The notes: generated by a model not told the origin, from the letters alone. A stretch of 50,223 nt of DNA from Puniceicoccaceae bacterium (GCA_040830765.1 JBFOMH010000023.1:1-50223); one strand, 5' to 3'; positions 28,907 through 40,628 are shown, counted from the stretch's first letter. Made by a program: numbers and translations.

Positions 28907-29722
28907 TCAGGGTTCGACAAGACGAGCCTGCACTTGCAGAAACGTTCCCTCAACTTCGGTCAGCGGAGTGCCAGCGAATACCACTTCACTGACTTTCTCC
29001 GTGTCACCAAGGGCAAATTCCTCGGCCATGATCCCGATAGACTCAAAATCCAGGGGTAACCACCCATTTACCGGATCGTGTCGGTGGAGAGTGAATACAA
29101 GATCCTCGGCAAAGCGGTTCCGGTAATAGGAAATATTGCAATCGGGAGGATTCGCTGAGGAACCGGGAACCGCAATGATCACCGGGCCGTCCTGAATCTC
29201 GGGAACCAGGAGACCGAAGGCATATTCCTGAAGGAGATTGAAGCCATCGAGATTCACATCGCTCAGCGGATGCGCTCCAAGAGTATGGAGCAGTTCGCCA
29301 GGCAATGTCAGGTAACGCCAGCCACTGAAGTTTGTTTGCGGATCTGGAAGGATAACCACATCCATTGTATCGACCGGTTCATCCGTTCCATCAAAGGAGA
29401 CAATCCCGTCGAGTGCCACTTCCCCGGCAGGACCGGTCAAGTGATAGGAAAGGACCCTCGGGGCATCGTCGAGGAATGGCCCCCATTTGGCCTTGCCATT
29501 TTCCTCATCGAAGATCCCCTCCCCGCTCAGATCGACAGAGACGCCTTCGCCCGTAAGGACTTCCTCCACTGACCAGGCATTGGTACCTTCCGGTGGAACA
29601 ATGCTAATTTCAACCCGGGAGGGAAAGGTGCCACTGATGGTCCGGCTCTGCTCAGCAAAGCCGGAAAGCGCCACAAGGGTGGACAAGAGACAGAGGGGAA
29701 TGCATCGGTTGACTGGATTCAT
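28907..29722 (-). CDS. secreted protein: beta-sandwich (cohesin-like?) domain plus verrucomicrobial-type C-terminal domain
   Basis: Signal peptide; WSVEE...G.FD...KAKWGPF.D..R.LSY...G..SFDG; C-terminal DVNLDG.NLLQEYAFG...YYRN...FLQVQ. Confidence 0.72.
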   Translation of the reverse strand: MNPVNRCIPLCLLSTLVALSGFAEQSRTISGTFPSRVEISIVPPEGTNAWSVEEVLTGEGVSVDLSGEGIFDEENGKAKWGPFLDDAPRVLSYHLTGPAGEVALDGIVSFDGTDEPVDTMDVVILPDPQTNFSGWRYLTLPGELLHTLGAHPLSDVNLDGFNLLQEYAFGLLVPEIQDGPVIIAVPGSSANPPDCNISYYRNRFAEDLVFTLHRHDPVNGWLPLDFESIGIMAEEFALGDTEKVSEVVFAGTPLTEVEGTFLQVQARLVEP

Positions 29723-29727
29723 GGCTC

Positions 29728-32700
29728 TCAAAAGTTCAGAAGGGAGAAGGTAAATAATTGATCGGGATCATCAGGATCGATACCCACCTGGGTACTCTCG
29801 GCGGAGATGGTTGCCGACCGCCCACCGGTCAGGATGACAGTACTCCCGCACGCATCGGGATCCCGCGTGGTGACAAGGTTTACATTGGGATCCACGAGGT
29901 CATCGGGTGGATCGCCTGGCCAGGTCCAGTAGATGCAGGCTGTCTCCGTGTGTGAGGGATCGTAGGCAAAGCGGTAGGTGCCGTTGATCTGGACAATGAG
30001 AATCTTCTCCTTAATCCGGGCCCAATTTCCCAACTTGTCGAAGACCTCCAGCTCAATGACAAGGTCCCGCCGCGTCCGCGAGAAGGTTTTGGTAACGCTG
30101 CTGCCGACATCGCTGGTCCCATCGCTGAAGGTCCAGAAATAAGAGACGATTTCATTGCTGAGGCCCCGCACAAATCCCGCCCGGGAATAGCCGACGGCAT
30201 CTAACCGGATCTCCATCAGGTCGCCGTCCGGACCGTCCGGGAGGAGGACATTTCCCTCGTTGTCCGAAATCTCCTCATAGAAGTACGACGCCACAACGTC
30301 ATAGGTTTCGCCCTCGCCGTTGGGATAGGAGCGGATGGCATTGGTTGCGTCCGTCAGAGCCGAGAGCTCTGCAAAATTGTTCGGATAGTAGCGACCGGCT
30401 CCCTGGTAGGTTCCGCTGACGTGTCCATATTGCTCGCCCTCGGCCGGGGGTTCAAAGGACTCATAGGTCAGAAAGACATCGCCTGAAACAAGGCCCTCAA
30501 ATCCGACGGTCAGGCTTGCCGTCAATGACTTCACCGTTGCCGGGGAGCTGGGGGCGTCCGCGGGATCAAAGGTAATGGCACCAAATAGCGAGCACCCCAC
30601 CCGGAAGGTCTGCTCCCTGGTTTCAGTACTGTTGTTCCGGGTAGCCCGGATGACGACATCCCCGAAACCCGGTCCGGCGGTAAAGAGCCCCGTATCGGCT
30701 TCGATGATGCCAGGTCCGGAGACCACCTCCCAGGTAACCTCGGGCGGGTTGTCCGTGCCATCATCAATGATAAAGATTTCCTGGGCACCGATTTCCAGGC
30801 AACTGACTACAGGAAAGATTTCCCAACCCTGCAGATCGACCATTATGCTGGCCATACGAGGCTCTGCTCCTTCCTTGCCACGCAGGCAAACTTCAGTGGT
30901 GCTTTTTGCCGTAATCGTCACCGGATAATCGCTCTCATTGTCTGTCGGTTTCCATTCCAGTTGATAGCGCCCGTTGCCCAATGGTGTCTGGTTGAGGATT
31001 TGGCCAGCCGTGACCGTCCAATCCAAGTCCGTCGGACCGGTCTGGGCAGCATCCGAAAGATGGGCAAGGTATATCACGGATTCCTCATTCCCCAGAACCT
31101 CCAGTTGGGGACTCAGTATCTCCACCTTGATGGGACGGGTCTCGTAATCTTTCGTTTCGGTAATACTGGCACCCCCGAACTTTCCGCTGATGATCTCAAC
31201 TGTCAAAAGTCCCGGCCCGGCCTTGAGGGGCTCAAAGTCCATGCCAACCTTCTCATTGTTATAACCGGTCACTTTCAGGAAGTCGTCGCCGGTGACATTG
31301 GCATAGAGATCGTTGGCAAGGCCGACAATACCGCACCAGAGGACTGGTTCCGTATCCAGGATATCGATATCCGGGTAGTTCTCATTAACCCATTTATAGA
31401 GCGTATCCGGCCCGGGAACCCCGGGGACTGGACTTCCGGGGACCACGTCAGCAAGCATCTTCTCATGATCGTAACCAGCGCTTTGCACAGTTGCGCTGGC
31501 TGTCAAGGTGGCCTCCCCGCACATGCCCTCTTGGTCATCCTCGACAAAGTACCCGCGGGCTGGTCCATCGACTTGCAGCTCCAGCGAAACAAACTCACTA
31601 GGCAAAGTCCCCGCATCATAGTGATCAAAGAACTTGGCAAACAGGAGAGTCTGGGAAACCGCGTCAAGTACACCCGGCACGGGAGAGTTGGGCTTGATGT
31701 TCTGCAGGGCCTCGCCGACCTGCTTGCCGAAATCAAAATTGCCTTTCATTGACAGGAGCACATCGGCTATGTCACGGGCACTGCGCTTGTCCGCATTTTC
31801 CGTCTCCGCCTTGTTCTGCGCGGTCATGAGTTGGCTCAGGGTCAGGGCATTGCTAATCGGACGGATAAAGTTGCCTTCGCAGAAATTTCGCGTGCCCGCC
31901 TGCAGGCTGAAACTACTTACGGCGCTACTGAATACCTCGCCTCCCACGGGTGAAGCAATGCGGTTGGCAAGGTCAAGCTTGGCGACAATGCTGTCCCAGA
32001 GGGCGAGGTCCGTGCCCGACATCTGCTCACCGACCACCTTCTCAAAGGAATCCGGATTGTCCGGGTGGTCGAGAATGCTCTTCATGTAAACGAGGGGGCG
32101 TATCTCGTACGGAACAAATTCCATGTCCAGGCCCAGGAAAAATTCCAGTTCGTAGCCTGCCTGCAGTGATGACTGCTCGAGAGTACTCCCGATTGAACTG
32201 ACCAACTGGATACCAGCACCCGCTGATTCAGGCAGTGGCTGCAGGCGCAAGGGAGGACAACGCCAGACATCGCCGCTTTCCGTGTCGACCAGCTCAATAG
32301 ATAAAGTCCCCTCCCCTGTCGGGTCGAGAGGATTGAGGGGCATGGAAATGACCAGGTCCTCTTCGGAGTCGTCGAGCAAAATTTCAAAATAACCCGGCAG
32401 GTTATCCAGACGAAAACGCGCTTCCAAAGGACGTTCACCATTGATGCCATGCACGGTCACTAAATCAAAGGGTTCTACGCTTCCGGTGGAAAGGGCCACA
32501 TAGGGAGAGCCTTCAAGAGGATCCGGAACCCAGCCATTCGGTGCGGCGACGCCCTCCACAGCACGGTACCGCTCCCCGGCCTGCCAGATGAAGACCGCTC
32601 GCTCGTAATGGGCCTGTTCGATCGGTGATGGCCCTTCCGGCCACACCGCCTCGTTCTTGTAGGCCTGTCCGTAGAGCGTCAGTTCCGTCTGGTCGATCCG

Positions 32701-32790
32701 GAAGTCCTTGTTGGAGTCAGCCGGGTGGCCCCCCAAGTGACCCGTGGCCAAGACTAGTACCAGCCCATAAGTTGCGCTTAACTGCTTCAT
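29728..32790 (-). CDS. large secreted multidomain protein (N-terminal EF-hand/dockerin-like module, Ig-like and PKD-like domains)
   Basis: Signal peptide, then HPADSNKDFRIDQTE; Ig-like VTWEVVSGPG.I...GLFTA; PKD-like IVSYFWTFSDG...VTKTF...LEVFD; acidic overall. Confidence 0.78.
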   Translation of the reverse strand: MKQLSATYGLVLVLATGHLGGHPADSNKDFRIDQTELTLYGQAYKNEAVWPEGPSPIEQAHYERAVFIWQAGERYRAVEGVAAPNGWVPDPLEGSPYVALSTGSVEPFDLVTVHGINGERPLEARFRLDNLPGYFEILLDDSEEDLVISMPLNPLDPTGEGTLSIELVDTESGDVWRCPPLRLQPLPESAGAGIQLVSSIGSTLEQSSLQAGYELEFFLGLDMEFVPYEIRPLVYMKSILDHPDNPDSFEKVVGEQMSGTDLALWDSIVAKLDLANRIASPVGGEVFSSAVSSFSLQAGTRNFCEGNFIRPISNALTLSQLMTAQNKAETENADKRSARDIADVLLSMKGNFDFGKQVGEALQNIKPNSPVPGVLDAVSQTLLFAKFFDHYDAGTLPSEFVSLELQVDGPARGYFVEDDQEGMCGEATLTASATVQSAGYDHEKMLADVVPGSPVPGVPGPDTLYKWVNENYPDIDILDTEPVLWCGIVGLANDLYANVTGDDFLKVTGYNNEKVGMDFEPLKAGPGLLTVEIISGKFGGASITETKDYETRPIKVEILSPQLEVLGNEESVIYLAHLSDAAQTGPTDLDWTVTAGQILNQTPLGNGRYQLEWKPTDNESDYPVTITAKSTTEVCLRGKEGAEPRMASIMVDLQGWEIFPVVSCLEIGAQEIFIIDDGTDNPPEVTWEVVSGPGIIEADTGLFTAGPGFGDVVIRATRNNSTETREQTFRVGCSLFGAITFDPADAPSSPATVKSLTASLTVGFEGLVSGDVFLTYESFEPPAEGEQYGHVSGTYQGAGRYYPNNFAELSALTDATNAIRSYPNGEGETYDVVASYFYEEISDNEGNVLLPDGPDGDLMEIRLDAVGYSRAGFVRGLSNEIVSYFWTFSDGTSDVGSSVTKTFSRTRRDLVIELEVFDKLGNWARIKEKILIVQINGTYRFAYDPSHTETACIYWTWPGDPPDDLVDPNVNLVTTRDPDACGSTVILTGGRSATISAESTQVGIDPDDPDQLFTFSLLNF

Positions 32791-32920
32791 TACCTGCGGT
32801 ATTAGTGCTGGATTCCCCGTGCCTTGGCAATGGCTAAAATTATCCCCATGGAGCCTTATTTGCAAAAAATCGTCCGCGGGGTCTTGCAAATCCCTATTAG
32901 CGACTTTTATTTCGCGAATA

Positions 32921-33826
32921 ATGAATCGCTATAAAAAAGTAATCGTACCCCTGAGCCTGCAAACGGGGGATCAGGAAGTCATTGCGTGGGCTGGCAAAGT
33001 GAGCCACATGGCCGGGACGGATGAGGTGGAGTTCTTCCACATGGTGGAAGTGCCGGAGATTCCGGAACGGGCGAAGGAAAAGTACCCGTGGCTGACGAAG
33101 CCGCTGGACGGGATGGTGAAGGAACAGATGGAGCAGTTGGTCCGGGACAACTGGGAAGGCCGGGAAGAGACCACGATCGGATACACGGTCCGGGGAGGCG
33201 GCAATGCGGTGATGTCGATCCTGGAGCGAATCCTTGAGCAAGGGAGCGATCTGGTAATTGTGGGCCGTGAGTCCTATGATGGGGACACCGCCGTGCGGCT
33301 GGCCCGGAAGGCACCCTGCTCGGTAATGTCGATACCGGCAGGAGGCGCCATGAAGCTTGAACGGATTGGGGTACCAACGGACTTTTCCGGCTATTCCGAG
33401 CACGCGCTGGATGTGGCTTTGGCCTTTGCTGAGGCTGAGGGGCTGAAAGAGGTCACCAGTCTGCACATCTACAACCTGGGTCGGTTCTCGCACCGCATAG
33501 CCTTGCCCGAAGAGGAACTGAAGGACATGGCTGAGGAGTATGCAGAGGAACAACAAAAGGTATTCGTAAGCAATGTCGACCTGCGCGGCCTTGAGGTGCA
33601 GCAGCAGAACTCTTTCCATCAGGTAATCAGTTCTGGCATTCTACGGGTTTCCCGGGAAGAGAACTGGGATTTGCTGGTGACCGGTTGCCGGGGAAGAGAC
33701 ACCATGACCTCGTGGCTGCTGGGGGGGAATGCGGAAAGCCTGCTTCGGGACGCCCCCATACCGGTTGTCGCGGCGAAGCCAAAAGGCACTGGCCAAAAGC
33801 TGTTGGAGGCCTTACTGAAAGATTAG
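32921..33826 (+). CDS. universal stress protein (tandem USP domains)
   Basis: YKKVIVPL...DLVIVG...APCSVM.IP; RIGVPTDFS.YS..AL...DLLVTGCRG...LLGGNAE.LLR.APIPV. Confidence 0.92.
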   Translation: MNRYKKVIVPLSLQTGDQEVIAWAGKVSHMAGTDEVEFFHMVEVPEIPERAKEKYPWLTKPLDGMVKEQMEQLVRDNWEGREETTIGYTVRGGGNAVMSILERILEQGSDLVIVGRESYDGDTAVRLARKAPCSVMSIPAGGAMKLERIGVPTDFSGYSEHALDVALAFAEAEGLKEVTSLHIYNLGRFSHRIALPEEELKDMAEEYAEEQQKVFVSNVDLRGLEVQQQNSFHQVISSGILRVSREENWDLLVTGCRGRDTMTSWLLGGNAESLLRDAPIPVVAAKPKGTGQKLLEALLKD

Positions 33827-33856
33827 ACTAATTCATCTGCGGGGAGCGGAATTGAT

Positions 33857-36163
33857 ATGCTAATCGTCTTGATCATGGCAGTCCTGGCGAGCGGGACTGC
33901 GTTGGCCACAACAGGTAAACGCTGGCAGCATGGCTGGCAGTGCTTTCTTGTTCCTGCCCCGGCAGCGGTCAGTTTCCTGCTGGTCACCTTTGCCGCCATG
34001 CCTGAGGTCATCCGCCAAGGCAGCATCGCCTACACGGCAAAGTGGATACCGCAACTGGATGTGGAACTGGCCTTGCGCCTGAATGGATTGGGCTTGTTGC
34101 TGCTAATCCTCGTCACGGGCATCGGCGCCCTGATCCTCCTCTATGCGGTTGGGTACATGAAAGGCCATCCGCAAGCCACCCGGCTGTTCCTCCTCCTTTA
34201 TCTCTTCATGTTTTCGATGGCTGGGTTGGCGATTGCCGACCACATGCTGCTGTTCTTTATCTTCTGGGAACTGACCAGCATCAGCTCATATTTTCTAATC
34301 GGATTCCAGCACAAGGAACAAAGTGCCCGGCAAAACGCCCTCCAGGCCTTGATTGTCACGGGGTTGGGGGGCATGGCCCTGATGGCAGGTTTCATCCTGA
34401 TAGCCCAGGTAACCGGGACCTGGAACCTGTCTGAGCTTCCGGCATTGTCCGGACAAATCCAGACGGACGCGCTCTATGTGCCCATTTTAATCCTCGTGCT
34501 CCTGGGAGCCTTCACGAAGTCGGCCCAATTCCCTTTCCATTTCTGGCTCCCCAATGCCATGAGCGCGCCGACTCCCGTCAGCGCCTACCTGCACTCCGCA
34601 ACCATGGTCAAGGCAGGCATCTTTCTCCTGTTCCTGATGCTGCCCGTGCTGGGCGGAACGGGACTGTGGACATGGCTGCTGACGATTGCGGGGGCCATTA
34701 CCCTTCTAACGGGTGGGGCTTTTGGTTTGGTCCAGCATGACTTGAAGAAGATCCTGGCCGGGACGACGGTTGCGGTCCTTGGCCTGCTGACCCTTCTATT
34801 GGGTATCGGGACGGAAAGGGATGTACTCGCCGCATTGGTTTTCCTTTTCGGGCATGCCCTTTACAAGGCAACGCTGTTCATGGTTGCCGGATCGGTCGAC
34901 CACGAGACCGGCACTCGCGACACCAGGATCCTTGGTGGACTTTACAGGGGCATGCCGTGGACGGCTGTTGCAGCCACCCTGGCGGCGTTTTCCAAAATGG
35001 GCCTGCCCCCGTTCTTCGGATTCCTCGGCAAGGAATATACTTACAAGGCAAGTTTGGAGTCGGAGTACCAATGGTTGCTGACAACGATCCTCATCGTCGG
35101 CAATGCGATCATTCTGGCCCTGGCCTTCAAGGCGGCCATCCTTCCCTTTTGGAGGAAAGCAATTCATCCCCTGCCAGAGAAGTTGCATGACGTCCCATGG
35201 AGCATGCGACTGGGACCGATCCTGATGGCGGGACTGGGCATTGCCATCGGTACCTTTCCTTTCTTGATCGATCCGCTGATCTCCTCAGCAAAGTCTGCCG
35301 CGATGGGCTATTCAGTTCAGACCGAAATCAAGCTCTGGCATGGATTGAATCTGCCCTTGATTTTGAGTGCACTGACCCTCTCCGCTGGATTGTGTATCAT
35401 CGTCAGCCGGGAATGGGTCGAAAACATGTTGCGCAATGTAACCATTCCGGGTCCGGCCAAAGTGTACGATATCCTGATGGATGGGATGGTGCGGTTTGCG
35501 ATCTGGCAAACTCGTTTGCTGCAATCCGGGCAGTTGCGGAACTATCTCTTGATCATTGTCGGCGTCACGACCGCCTTGATCAGTTTCAAACTGTGGCGCT
35601 TCGGCGGCATTTCCGACCTGTCGCTACGGGGCATCAACTCCCCGGAACTGGTTGTCATTACCGTGCTCATGGCTATCGCCACCTTGCTGGCGGTAACAAC
35701 CCAATCGCGACTGACTGCGCTGATCGCGCTGGGCCTGGTTGGCTTTGGCGTTGCCTGGATCTTCGCCTATTTCAGCGCGCCTGACCTTGCCATTACGCAA
35801 ATCCTCGTGGAGACCCTGACCGTCGTGCTCTTTGCCTGGGTCGTCTACAAGTTGCCCCAGTTGCGTACCCTGTCATCGAGACGAACCATCATCACGGACG
35901 CGGTCGTTTCCGGGGCAGCGGGAATTCTTATAACGATCCTCGTCTTAAAATCACAAACCCTCCAGCTTGGCTCCTCGATTTCCAAGACCCTCTCGGAATG
36001 GAGTCTCCCGGAAGCCTACGGGGCCAATGTCGTCAATGTAATCCTCGTCGATTTTCGGGCCATCGATACCTGGGGTGAAGTCTGCGTGGTGACCATTGCG
36101 GCCATCGGGGTGTGGGCGCTGGCGTCAGGAAATGGAAACAGCAAGGACCGGAAATCGAAATGA
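33857..36163 (+). CDS. mrpA: Mrp Na+/H+ antiporter subunit A
   Basis: FWELTSISSY.LIG, TKSAQFPFHFWLPNAM.APTPVSAYLHSATMVKAG, APDLAITQ and NVVNVILVDFRAIDTWGE motifs. Confidence 0.96.
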   Translation: MLIVLIMAVLASGTALATTGKRWQHGWQCFLVPAPAAVSFLLVTFAAMPEVIRQGSIAYTAKWIPQLDVELALRLNGLGLLLLILVTGIGALILLYAVGYMKGHPQATRLFLLLYLFMFSMAGLAIADHMLLFFIFWELTSISSYFLIGFQHKEQSARQNALQALIVTGLGGMALMAGFILIAQVTGTWNLSELPALSGQIQTDALYVPILILVLLGAFTKSAQFPFHFWLPNAMSAPTPVSAYLHSATMVKAGIFLLFLMLPVLGGTGLWTWLLTIAGAITLLTGGAFGLVQHDLKKILAGTTVAVLGLLTLLLGIGTERDVLAALVFLFGHALYKATLFMVAGSVDHETGTRDTRILGGLYRGMPWTAVAATLAAFSKMGLPPFFGFLGKEYTYKASLESEYQWLLTTILIVGNAIILALAFKAAILPFWRKAIHPLPEKLHDVPWSMRLGPILMAGLGIAIGTFPFLIDPLISSAKSAAMGYSVQTEIKLWHGLNLPLILSALTLSAGLCIIVSREWVENMLRNVTIPGPAKVYDILMDGMVRFAIWQTRLLQSGQLRNYLLIIVGVTTALISFKLWRFGGISDLSLRGINSPELVVITVLMAIATLLAVTTQSRLTALIALGLVGFGVAWIFAYFSAPDLAITQILVETLTVVLFAWVVYKLPQLRTLSSRRTIITDAVVSGAAGILITILVLKSQTLQLGSSISKTLSEWSLPEAYGANVVNVILVDFRAIDTWGEVCVVTIAAIGVWALASGNGNSKDRKSK

Positions 36164-36585
36164 ACTCGACCATTCTCAACATAACGGCCCGTTACCTTTC
36201 CCCGGTGATTTTCCTCCTCTCACTGATAGTCCTCTATCGCGGCCACAATTATCCCGGAGGGGGCTTCATTGGCGGATTGCTGGCCGTCTCCGCCTGTCTC
36301 CTGGTCGTCCTTGCCCGGGGATGGGAGGTCACCGAATCCAAGTGGTGGCCCGATTCCATCACCCTGCTGGTAACCGGCCTCGCCGTGACTGCGGTGAGCG
36401 GCATTCTGGGTGTCTTAGCCGGCGAAGCGTTTCTCACCGGGCTCTGGTTGCCCGCCCTCGATGTGCCCCTCCTTGGCAAAGTCAAACTGGGGACGCCCCT
36501 GCTATTTGACCTTGGGGTCTATCTTGCGGTCATGGGCTTTTCATTAAAGTGCGCCAGTGCGCTGGGACAGGAGGACTGGTCATGA
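36160..36585 (+). CDS. mrpB: Mrp Na+/H+ antiporter subunit B
   Basis: RGHNYPGGGFIGGL and LFDLGVYL.V motifs. Confidence 0.95.
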   Translation: MNSTILNITARYLSPVIFLLSLIVLYRGHNYPGGGFIGGLLAVSACLLVVLARGWEVTESKWWPDSITLLVTGLAVTAVSGILGVLAGEAFLTGLWLPALDVPLLGKVKLGTPLLFDLGVYLAVMGFSLKCASALGQEDWS

Positions 36586-36931
36586 ACTTGATTATTGCCG
36601 TTCTCATTGGATTGCTTTTCGCCAGTGGCCTCTTCTGCATCCTCAGGCGCAGCCTGATGAAACTTGTCGTCGGGATCATTCTGCTCAGCCAGGGGGCGAA
36701 CTTGCTCGTATTCAGTGCCGGTGGACTGGTCAATGACAAGCCAGCCTTCGCCACTGCTGACACCCTTCTTCCCCCGGCAGGACATGCCGATCCCCTGCCT
36801 CAGGCACTCGTTCTCACCGCTATCGTCATCGGATTCGGCCTGGTGGTCTTTTCCCTGTCCCTTTTGCTCCGTGCCCATGCGGCGACTGGAACCGATGACA
36901 TCAACGCCTTTGACCAAACGGACCGCCTGTC

Positions 36932-36935
<4 letters not shown>
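36582..36935 (+). CDS. mrpC: Mrp Na+/H+ antiporter subunit C
   Basis: ADPLPQALVLTAIVIGFG motif. Confidence 0.96.
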
Positions 36936-38423
<1,488 letters not shown>

Positions 38424-38449
<26 letters not shown>

Positions 38450-38762
38450 GATACTGTATACGCTCGAGTTTACCGGCTTCTATCTCTTCGAGGTAGTGGC
38501 CAGCAATCTCCGGGTTGCCCGGGATGTGCTTCTTCCGGCCGGCCGCATGAATCCGGGATTTGTCAGGGTGAATGTTGAAGGGATGTCCGAACGGCAGTTA
38601 CTGGCCCTGGCCAACCTCATCACCATGACCCCGGGCACCCTCAGTCTGGATATTATTGATGGAAAAGAACTCCTCGTGCACAGCCTCTATGTGGAGGATG
38701 CGCTCAAGGATGCGAAGGACCTGGAGGAAACCTTCAAGGAGAGGATCTGCCGTGTTTTCTGA
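38424..38762 (+). CDS. mrpE: Mrp Na+/H+ antiporter subunit E
   Basis: SNLRVARDVL...PGFV...LANLITMTPGTLS.D...L.VH motif. Confidence 0.94.
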
Positions 38763-39042
38763 AATCCCCCAATTACCGGAGGCAGTCATCCTGATTTGCC
38801 GGATTATCCTCGGCATTGCCCTCTTTCTCAGTGGTTGGCGATTGTTCATTGGGCCAAGCCTCGGTGACCGCATTGTTGCCCTGGAGCTGGTCGCCGCGCT
38901 CATGATGTCGAATTTCATCCTGCAGGTCCTCTCGAGTGGATTCATCTCTTATCTGGATATCGCCCTCGCCCTGGCTGTGATCAGTTTCCTCGGGACCGTG
39001 GCCTTTGCCCGCTACATGGAGAACAGGAGGCAGTTGCCATGA
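38752..39042 (+). CDS. mrpF: Mrp Na+/H+ antiporter subunit F
   Basis: RLFIGPSLGDRIVALE...SFLGTVAFARY. Start (GTG 38752) uncertain. Confidence 0.92.
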   Translation: MFSEIPQLPEAVILICRIILGIALFLSGWRLFIGPSLGDRIVALELVAALMMSNFILQVLSSGFISYLDIALALAVISFLGTVAFARYMENRRQLP

Positions 39043-39344
39043 TCCTGACCATCCTTGCCAGCTTCCTGCTCATAAGCGGTTCCCTCTTCGGCCTCATCGC
39101 TGCCATCGGCATCCTTCGCATGCCGGACTTGTACTGCCGCATGCATGCCGCAACCAAGGCCGGGGCTTTCGGAACCAGCCTCATGGTCGTTGGCTTAATT
39201 CTCATCATGCCCGAGTTGCGGGTCTTCATCCAGGGCCTGCTGATCATCATTTTCTTCTACCTGACCGCCCCGGTCGCCGCCCACATGATCGGCCGGGCCA
39301 ATTTACTGAGGGAGAAGGGTGAAGCCGATTCCTCCGAAACCTGA
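39039..39344 (+). CDS. mrpG: Mrp Na+/H+ antiporter subunit G
   Basis: GILRMPDLYCRMHAATKAGAFG...LTAPVAAH.IGRA. Confidence 0.96.
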   Translation: MILTILASFLLISGSLFGLIAAIGILRMPDLYCRMHAATKAGAFGTSLMVVGLILIMPELRVFIQGLLIIIFFYLTAPVAAHMIGRANLLREKGEADSSET

Positions 39345-39392
39345 GGGATGCTTGCCAAGAGATAGGCCATTTTGCATGATCGGGCCCAATCG

Positions 39393-40613
39393 ATGGTATC
39401 CCGTCTCTCAGTTCGTCATTCCAGTCATTTACCCTTGAAGGTGTCAGCTGGGATCCTGCTGCTTTTGTTTCCAAGCCTGGAAGCATGGGGACATCCTCAA
39501 TTTGTCATGAACACATTCAGCGAACTCACCGTTATCGAAAAACCCCGCATCCTGGCCAAGGCAGCGGCCTATCTACAGGAGGAACCCCGCACGGTAACCG
39601 CCGACCGCTGCAGCCGCAGTTCTGGCGGCTTGCACGATTTCTACTCGGAGGGCGACTACTGGTGGCCGGATCCGGACAATCCGGAGGGGCCTTATATCCG
39701 CCGGGACGGCGAGTCCAATCCGGACAATTTCATTGCCCACCGCCTGTCCATGATTCGGTTGAGCGAGACGGTCGGCACCTTGACGTCTGCCTATCTCCTC
39801 ACCGGGGAAGAGAAGTATGCCACTCAAGCCGTCCAGCATCTAAACGCCTGGTTTGTCGACGACGCGACCCGCATGAATCCGAACCTGCTCTACGGACAGG
39901 CCATCAAGGGGCGCCACACCGGCCGGAGTATCGGGATCATTGATACAATCCATCTTACAGAGGTTGCTCGCAGTGCCAAACTGCTGCAGGAGTCACCATC
40001 CTTTCCGGTGGAGGTGCAAACCGCCGTGAAGCAATGGTTCAGTGAGTATCTGACCTGGATCAACACCCACCCCTACGGCCTCAAGGAGAAGCACCATCCC
40101 AACAATCATGGCGTCTGCTGGTCACTGCAGGCGGGGGCATTTGCTGACCTCGTGGGCGACCGGGAACTGTTGGGCTGGATCCGGAAGCAATTCAAGACCG
40201 TCTACCTGGAAGAAATGATGGATGCCAAGGGGGGCTTTCCCGCGGAGCTGGCGCGCACCAAACCCTACGGTTATTCGCTCTTCATGATCGACGCCATGGC
40301 CGGCGTAGCGCAAATTGCCTCAACTCCGGAAGACAACTTGTGGACCTTTTCCCTCCCCGATGGACGGGGAATGGCCCTTGGCCTGCAGTTCATTGTGCCC
40401 TTCATCGAAAACAAGGACAGCTGGCCCCTGGAACCCGACGTGATGTACTGGGACGAGTGGCCGGTGCGCCATCCGAGCCTGATATTTGCCGGACTGGAAC
40501 TCGCCAAACCCGCATACCTCTCTACCTGGAAGGAGCTAGAGGCGGATCCGCAAACCTATGAAGTGCTTCGAAACCTGCCGCTGAGACATCCCTTGTTGTG
40601 GGTGACGCCTTAG
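39393..40613 (+). CDS. alginate lyase family polysaccharide lyase (PL38/PL5-like)
   Basis: HDFYSEGDYWWPDP...PYIRRDG.SNP, MNPNLLYGQ, GIID, NNHG and ELARTKPYGYS motifs. Start uncertain. Confidence 0.88.
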   Translation: MVSRLSVRHSSHLPLKVSAGILLLLFPSLEAWGHPQFVMNTFSELTVIEKPRILAKAAAYLQEEPRTVTADRCSRSSGGLHDFYSEGDYWWPDPDNPEGPYIRRDGESNPDNFIAHRLSMIRLSETVGTLTSAYLLTGEEKYATQAVQHLNAWFVDDATRMNPNLLYGQAIKGRHTGRSIGIIDTIHLTEVARSAKLLQESPSFPVEVQTAVKQWFSEYLTWINTHPYGLKEKHHPNNHGVCWSLQAGAFADLVGDRELLGWIRKQFKTVYLEEMMDAKGGFPAELARTKPYGYSLFMIDAMAGVAQIASTPEDNLWTFSLPDGRGMALGLQFIVPFIENKDSWPLEPDVMYWDEWPVRHPSLIFAGLELAKPAYLSTWKELEADPQTYEVLRNLPLRHPLLWVTP

Positions 40614-40628
40614 CCGAGATTCGCTGGC

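Noticed and set aside
32791..32920. Mutually overlapping N-terminal extensions of the 1053-aa ORF and the USP ORF
   Set aside because: Better starts exist at 32790 (signal peptide) and 32921; this is a divergent promoter region.
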